DNA of 32,000 nt, from positions 810,001 through 842,000 of the forward strand of contig NC_007181.1 in NCBI RefSeq assembly GCF_000012285.1, given 5' to 3'. This document shows, piece by piece, positions 26,997 to 32,000 of the stretch. The first letter of the stretch is position 1; every line of letters starts with the position of its first letter. Position numbers and translations under genes: made by a program. The DNA is from Sulfolobus acidocaldarius DSM 639. GTDB lineage: Archaea; Thermoproteota; Thermoprotei_A; Sulfolobales; Sulfolobaceae. Below the pieces are notes generated by a model. It was not told the DNA's origin and made no database searches. It saw only the letters and a program-made list of their open reading frames with translations.

Positions 26997-29600
26997 TTAA
27001 CCTTTTACCCACCAGAAGTAAAGTGAATCTCCAGCGCCACCTATCTGTGGATTCTCCTCATACGATATTTGACCATTGTAGCCATTCATATATGGTTTTA
27101 CAACCCAGAATGCATTGGGCTGATCTAAGTATATATACATATACAGATTAATTGCCTGCTGTTCTACCTGTTTGTATAATAATGCAGCTTGCGTTGCATT
27201 TGTAGCACTATCAGCTTGAATTATCAAGTTGTTAAGTTGCTGATACATTTGAGCCTCATTGGTATAGCCTAATTGTTGTAAGTAAGATATAGACCAGCCG
27301 TTTGGAGCAGGATAGGTTCCATTCTCTTTATACATGGCATTAACAAAGTCAGATGGATACGGATAATCTGCAATCCATCCAAGATAATACATGGGCATTG
27401 GATTCTGTCCAGGAACTTGTAGTCCTATAATGGTCGAGAATGGCTCATATAATGGCTCTATCTTTATGTTAGGGTCTATCTGTTGCATGGTTTGAGCAAA
27501 CATTTGCACAGCTGCATAATCAACTGTATCTCCTGAGGGCACAATTATAGGGAAGTATACAGATTCGTTATATACTCCTGATTTAATCAGAAGCTGTTTG
27601 GCATATGTTAAGTTAAATGTGGGGACACCTGTAAATTCTGATGGTGGGGTGTAATAGGGCAATCCTTTGATAATAGCTCCTGCATAAGGCTCTCCGAAGT
27701 CAAAACCGTATTTAGCATTTCCTAAAATGTTCTCTATATAGTTTGTGTAGTTAAAGGCATATGCAAACGCTTCTCTGACGTACAGGTTAGCGAAGTAGTT
27801 CGGAGGTATATTATAGTTTGGACCTAACTGTTTTAATCCACTTGTAGATATATTGAGGTTGAATACGAAGAAGAACTCTGACAGAGTTGGGAACTGGTAT
27901 ATAGAGGCTTGTCCTTGTGCAACTAAAGGCTTTAATGAGGCAAAATAGTTTGTGGGTAGACCAGTAACAATATCAGCTTGTCCGCTTGTGAAAAGGTTAT
28001 AAGCGGTTTGTGGATCCTTTACCCATTCTATGACAACAGTGTCATTTGGTTTAGGAATACCAGGAACTCCTGGGAAGTAGGGATTTGGAGTCAATACAAC
28101 ATACTGCCCTGGAACATATTGCTTTATCATGTAAGGACCAGATGCTAATGGATCGTTCTCAACTTGAGTGTTATAGTGTCCCTCGTTTGCAGTATTCTCG
28201 TAAGTTAAGAAGCCTTGAGGGGTAAATGTTATTCCATCACCTACACTCTCTAACCATTTCGCACTCAGTATACCAGCAGTCAATGGATCCGCAATTGCAG
28301 TGAAGAATAGGTTAGGAGGAGTAGGCTTATAGAGATGGAATGTTACTGTATCCGTTGTGTTATTATATGTCACAGCATTCATGATCTCCTGGAAACCTTG
28401 ATTTGGATCAGAGCTCGATACAACTGGTACGCCAGCGGTAGAGTTGGGTATCAAGTATTGTGCCAATATCCATGTACCTGTACCGGGAGTACCACCTACG
28501 GTTAACAAGGCTCTTACCATTGAATACCAGACATCATATGCTGTTATTGGACTTCCATCCGCGAAGTACAGTCCAGACCTTATCTTAAATGTGTAAGTTG
28601 TGTAATTAGTATTGATACCTCCATTCTGAACAGTTGGTATTTGTGCCGCTATAAATGGAATAAAGCTTGTCGTGCTTGAACCGTTGTATATTAATAATGT
28701 ACCTATGATGTTACTAATTACCTCGAAACCTACGCTCTCATAATCAATATCCGGATCGAATGAGTAAGGTCCACCAGGGACATTTTCAGCCACTGTTATA
28801 GTACCTGGGTTTGGTATGTTTCCTGTGAACTTAAACTCAGCATAAGATCCTACTGCAATAGTATATAATGTGGAGAAGTTATATGTTTTACCTGAACTTT
28901 CATTTAGAGTGGTTAAAGTTAGTTTAACTACGTAAATACCAGGAGAGCTATATGTAGTGTTAACTGGATTAACTGTTGGAAGTAATGTGCTATTGTTAGC
29001 TTTTACAGTTTGAGTCTGACCATTTCCAAAGTTCCAGGTATAAGACTCGATTCTCATGTTTTGACCTGTTGGTGGCTGTAAAAATCCTGCATAGAAGTAT
29101 GCAGTTTCTCCTGCTCTAAAGAAGGGTGCAGTGGGATTCTTGGTTGTGTTGAATGTTATTAAAGGTACTGATGCAACAGAGGACTCGTTAGATGGAATAT
29201 TTGCTTCAACAGTAATGGGAAGTAATGATGAGTTTGTAGATGATACAAGTTTATTGTTAACATACTCGTTAATGAGTACTAGGTAGTGTCCAGGATATTG
29301 ATATGTATATGAAAATGAAGTAGAAGTCCCAGTAGCTGTGAAGTTTTTGATTACTCCGTCTCCAAAATTAACTGTGAGAATTGCGTTTGGCTGTGTATTA
29401 TAAACTGTGAAATTTTCTGCTGTACCTTGAAGTATAACAAAAGATGTCGGGGCAAGTGCTACCGCCTGTATTGAAGAAGAGGATCTATTCATTAAGAGGA
29501 AATAGGCAGCTACTGCAGCTATAATTATTACAACCACTACTATTACTGCTATTACAGTTCTTGAAATTGCTTTCCTAGAGCGTTTACCGGTTTTTTTCAT
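26997..29600 (-). CDS. Extracytoplasmic substrate-binding protein, ABC family 5 (Dpp/Opp/Nik type), with N-terminal membrane anchor and two PKD-like domains
   Basis: 867 aa. The N-terminus is MKKTGKRSRKAISR followed by about 23 hydrophobic residues and NRSSSS. Residues ~47-132 and ~143-250 carry PKD-type signatures (TVNFGDG...SYTYQYPGHYLVLI; YTWNFGNGQT...TTYSSPGIYVVKLTLT). From ~268 onward the sequence looks like an SBP_bac_5 domain. It is the first gene of the five-gene operon. Confidence 0.85.
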   Translation of the reverse strand: MKKTGKRSRKAISRTVIAVIVVVVIIIAAVAAYFLLMNRSSSSIQAVALAPTSFVILQGTAENFTVYNTQPNAILTVNFGDGVIKNFTATGTSTSFSYTYQYPGHYLVLINEYVNNKLVSSTNSSLLPITVEANIPSNESSVASVPLITFNTTKNPTAPFFRAGETAYFYAGFLQPPTGQNMRIESYTWNFGNGQTQTVKANNSTLLPTVNPVNTTYSSPGIYVVKLTLTTLNESSGKTYNFSTLYTIAVGSYAEFKFTGNIPNPGTITVAENVPGGPYSFDPDIDYESVGFEVISNIIGTLLIYNGSSTTSFIPFIAAQIPTVQNGGINTNYTTYTFKIRSGLYFADGSPITAYDVWYSMVRALLTVGGTPGTGTWILAQYLIPNSTAGVPVVSSSDPNQGFQEIMNAVTYNNTTDTVTFHLYKPTPPNLFFTAIADPLTAGILSAKWLESVGDGITFTPQGFLTYENTANEGHYNTQVENDPLASGPYMIKQYVPGQYVVLTPNPYFPGVPGIPKPNDTVVIEWVKDPQTAYNLFTSGQADIVTGLPTNYFASLKPLVAQGQASIYQFPTLSEFFFVFNLNISTSGLKQLGPNYNIPPNYFANLYVREAFAYAFNYTNYIENILGNAKYGFDFGEPYAGAIIKGLPYYTPPSEFTGVPTFNLTYAKQLLIKSGVYNESVYFPIIVPSGDTVDYAAVQMFAQTMQQIDPNIKIEPLYEPFSTIIGLQVPGQNPMPMYYLGWIADYPYPSDFVNAMYKENGTYPAPNGWSISYLQQLGYTNEAQMYQQLNNLIIQADSATNATQAALLYKQVEQQAINLYMYIYLDQPNAFWVVKPYMNGYNGQISYEENPQIGGAGDSLYFWWVKG

Positions 29601-29810
29601 TACTGGATCAAAATAATAAATCGTTTAGTAGCTATAAATGTTACTAATTAAAGGTTTCTGATTAAATTTAAATAATCAAAATACTACTATCTAACAAATA
29701 GAATCTTATAAATTTATTAAACGAAATAGAGAAATTAAAATTTCTTTAATTCTATCCCACTAGAGTGTATATTATAAACTCAAATAAAATCTTATCTGCA
29801 ATCAAATGAT

Positions 29811-29826
29811 AAATTTAATTATAAGC
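29811..29826 (+). promoter_or_regulatory. TATA-like box upstream of the 281-aa ORF
   Basis: AAATTTAATTATAAGC is centred about 24-27 nt upstream of ATG 29843. It lies inside a 242-nt very AT-rich divergent spacer shared with the dpp-like operon. Confidence 0.4.
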
Positions 29827-29842
29827 AGTTCATGATAAAACC

Positions 29843-30688
29843 ATGGCTAGTGGTACATACATTATTAACCATGAGGACAAAGCTATCGTGTTTACAGGCA
29901 ATTATACGGCAATATTCGAGAAAAATGTTGTAAGGGGAAAAATAGAAATACCACAAGGTTTGAAAGCTGAGTTTGAGGGGAAAACAGAGAAGTTACCCTC
30001 AAAAGTTCAGGAAGCTCATGATATTATAAAATCCCTTTTCGTGAGCCCACCATTAAACGTAAAGCTTGGTTACATAGTTGAGGCGGAGAATGATAAGGTA
30101 AAGCTAAGGGCATGGGGAATTATAATAAATGACGTGAAGTCCCTCTTTAACAGATTGTCAGAGATGAAGATATTTCCAGTTGACTTTAACGCTCTTTCCC
30201 TGAAATACTCATTACCTATAAAGGTTATTAAAGATATAATAGAGAAAAAACCATTTGAATTCGAAGATGAAGTGTATAAAGAATTTTTGAAGAAATTTGG
30301 TAGTATGTTACCTAGGGTGGAGGACTTTAAAAACTTCAGAATTATAATAAATGTCTCCAAGGAATACGGTACAGTTATCTTACTCTTCAACGGAAATATA
30401 ATATACTCATCTAAAATAAACTACTCCACTGTTTCCCATTATCTACTTCTTTCACCTCGAGAATTGATAGAAGAGTTAGTTTTCTCCATTGAGGGACTTG
30501 TGAACTTACTAGGGAAGGCTAAAAGTGATTTGGTTCTGCCAGGTGTTGTTGAAGGAAAGCTAAATCAAGATGTTTTTCAAATAAGGTCTGTCAATGAGGA
30601 GTTGAGCTTGCCTGTCAAGAGTGTTGAAGAGGTATCAAATTTCGTTCAAAAGCTGAGGAAAGAAATTTTTAACTCTTTTACGAGTTAG
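29843..30688 (+). CDS. Hypothetical protein (281 aa), no recognisable family
   Basis: A long ORF with an ATG start and correctly spaced TATA-like box. The antisense ORF (30070-30390) looks spurious. The protein is soluble-looking and K/E/I-rich, with no Cys. Confidence 0.6.
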   Translation: MASGTYIINHEDKAIVFTGNYTAIFEKNVVRGKIEIPQGLKAEFEGKTEKLPSKVQEAHDIIKSLFVSPPLNVKLGYIVEAENDKVKLRAWGIIINDVKSLFNRLSEMKIFPVDFNALSLKYSLPIKVIKDIIEKKPFEFEDEVYKEFLKKFGSMLPRVEDFKNFRIIINVSKEYGTVILLFNGNIIYSSKINYSTVSHYLLLSPRELIEELVFSIEGLVNLLGKAKSDLVLPGVVEGKLNQDVFQIRSVNEELSLPVKSVEEVSNFVQKLRKEIFNSFTS

Positions 30689-30706
30689 TACACGTGGAGA
30701 AGTTAA

Positions 30707-31018
30707 ATGGTAAGTATTAAAGGTCTACATGAAAGAGTTAGATCTATTCTTGACGATATCTATATCGAGTCTCATGAGGTTAGGGGAGTGAGAAACGGTT
30801 TTGAAATCATACAAAAATATTCCCGGGATAACTACGTAGAAAAAGAGGAACTCTACATAAATAAAAAAGATTATAGTATAAGCTTGTACATTGATTCCAT
30901 TGGAACAGGTTCCTTGACAATAGTAAAGGATGGGAAGATCGAGGCAAGGAAAATCAGTAGTGAAGAATTAGAAAAGACCATAAAGGAAATTATGGCAATT
31001 TTAGGAGATAACTCATAA
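30707..31018 (+). CDS. Hypothetical protein (103 aa), no recognisable family
   Basis: ATG lies 18 nt after the upstream stop, with GGAG (30696-30699) 7 nt upstream as a possible Shine-Dalgarno. The protein has no Cys and no TM segment. Confidence 0.55.
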   Translation: MVSIKGLHERVRSILDDIYIESHEVRGVRNGFEIIQKYSRDNYVEKEELYINKKDYSISLYIDSIGTGSLTIVKDGKIEARKISSEELEKTIKEIMAILGDNS

Positions 31019-31048
31019 TCAATCATAAACAACTAATGTTAAGTTAGC

Positions 31049-32000
31049 TCATGAAAGAATCTGAACTATATCGTCACTAGTCAACCTCTTAGTTGGGTCG
31101 CTTAGTATTGTTCCCTGTATTACTCTGTTGAGCTCGGGAAGAGTATTTATTGGCAGAGAAGGTTTGAAACCTTCTAAAACCTTCTTAGAATTATCTATCT
31201 CCTCAAGCGCATCATTGAATTTATTTTGAAGGTAAAGATCTACTGCTCTCTCTACATATTTTGTAATGGGGCTTACATTTCCGGTGAGCAAGTAATATGC
31301 GGTAACGCCTAATGCATAATTATCCATTGAGGGTTGTGCCCCCTTACCTGTTATCACCGCCTCTATTTGCTCTGGTGGTGAATAGGCTGGTGTTGCTTGT
31401 GTTATCTTCTCTCCTACTCTTACTGCACTACCTAAGTCCCCTAGCTTTATAATTCCACGACTACTTATTTGGTCTAGCAACAACTTCTCATCTTTTGGAG
31501 GTATTACAGACAGAAATATGTTTCTTGGCTTAACATCTAAATGAACATATCCCCTCTTGTGTAAATACTTTAAGGCTAATCCAACTTCTCTTATTATTGC
31601 TTTAACTATATACTGAAAATATGGACTACTTCTTATCTCATTTATAAGGTCAGCTATAGTTCCCCCATCCATGAATTCCATTATTATAGCTGGTGGATAA
31701 TTGAAATAAGCTTCAGCATTTCCTTTGATAATTGAATTGATATAATTACTATCAGCATATATGCCATAAATACTAACTATCTTATCATTCTTAGATAGTT
31801 CCTTTAAATTCTCAGATTCCTTAAATAATGTGTCAAAAGAGGATTTAGATAGATTTTCAGGACTTAAAATCTTAATAGCGTAATATTTACTTTCTCTTTC
31901 TGCTTTCACTACATATCCATTTCCTCCCTGTCCTACGACATCTATAACTTTATACCCATAAATTTCTTTGTTTATCCATATCTTTGGATCCCAATTATTA
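31049..32000 (-). CDS. Hanks-type (eukaryotic-like) Ser/Thr protein kinase, N-terminal part lies right of the window
   Basis: The track's M at 31909 is an internal GTG. My translation of 31910-31999 continues in frame as NNWDPKIWINKEIYGYKVIDVVGQGGNGYVV, which contains the Gly-rich loop. YYAIKIL (VAIK Lys), VHLDVKPRNIF (catalytic loop), KLGDLGSA (DFG equivalent) and YSPPEQ (APE equivalent) follow. Confidence 0.85.
   Translation of the reverse strand, partial: NNWDPKIWINKEIYGYKVIDVVGQGGNGYVVKAERESKYYAIKILSPENLSKSSFDTLFKESENLKELSKNDKIVSIYGIYADSNYINSIIKGNAEAYFNYPPAIIMEFMDGGTIADLINEIRSSPYFQYIVKAIIREVGLALKYLHKRGYVHLDVKPRNIFLSVIPPKDEKLLLDQISSRGIIKLGDLGSAVRVGEKITQATPAYSPPEQIEAVITGKGAQPSMDNYALGVTAYYLLTGNVSPITKYVERAVDLYLQNKFNDALEEIDNSKKVLEGFKPSLPINTLPELNRVIQGTILSDPTKRLTSDDIVQILS

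Noticed and set aside
1-32000. A window-wide look for CRISPR repeats, IS elements or transposases, integrases, rRNA or tRNA genes, and long direct repeats.
   Set aside because: None was recognised by eye. There are no regularly spaced repeats, no transposase- or integrase-like ORFs, and no GC-rich structured-RNA islands. The two CoxL paralogs are too diverged at the DNA level to count as a repeat.

Overview
Dense, two-stranded, almost entirely protein-coding chromosomal segment. It reads like a thermoacidophilic crenarchaeon of the order Sulfolobales. Supporting signs: AT-rich sequence (by eye roughly mid-30s % GC, not computed), A/T-rich TATA-like boxes centred about 25-30 nt upstream of many start codons (implying leaderless mRNAs), T-tract terminators, several TTG/GTG starts, 4-nt ATGA start/stop overlaps, and sequon-rich surface proteins. 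I call 34 protein-coding genes, two of them cut by the window edges. Contents from left to right: a CoxL-family Mo-enzyme fragment; a PUA protein; a Dpm1-like GT2; a wHTH regulator; an ornithine-cyclodeaminase-family/aminotransferase pair; an M24 prolidase; an HDAC-family deacetylase; a TldD/PmbA pair; a small membrane protein; a second full-length CoxL paralog with an XdhC-type chaperone; threonine synthase; an HtrA-like protease; a PAP2 phosphatase; an orphan ABC ATPase; a class-III aminotransferase; a SAM-methyltransferase/SRPBCC-like pair; a HIT protein; an acyl-CoA dehydrogenase; a five-gene Dpp/Opp-type ABC importer; two unassignable ORFs; and a Hanks-type protein kinase running off the right edge. 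I recognised no rRNA, tRNA, CRISPR array, transposase/integrase or other mobile element. I do not see a clear-cut novel multi-gene system. The best follow-up candidates are: (i) the unassignable 281-aa + 103-aa operon lying tail-to-tail with the kinase; (ii) the CoxL / unannotated 50-codon 4-Cys ORF / XdhC / 113-aa ORF block, which lacks FAD and [2Fe-2S] subunit genes; (iii) the atypical architecture of the Dpp-like transporter (substrate-binding protein with an N-terminal anchor and two PKD-like domains, and both ATPases carrying large insertions). All family assignments come from motif recognition by eye; no database search was run.
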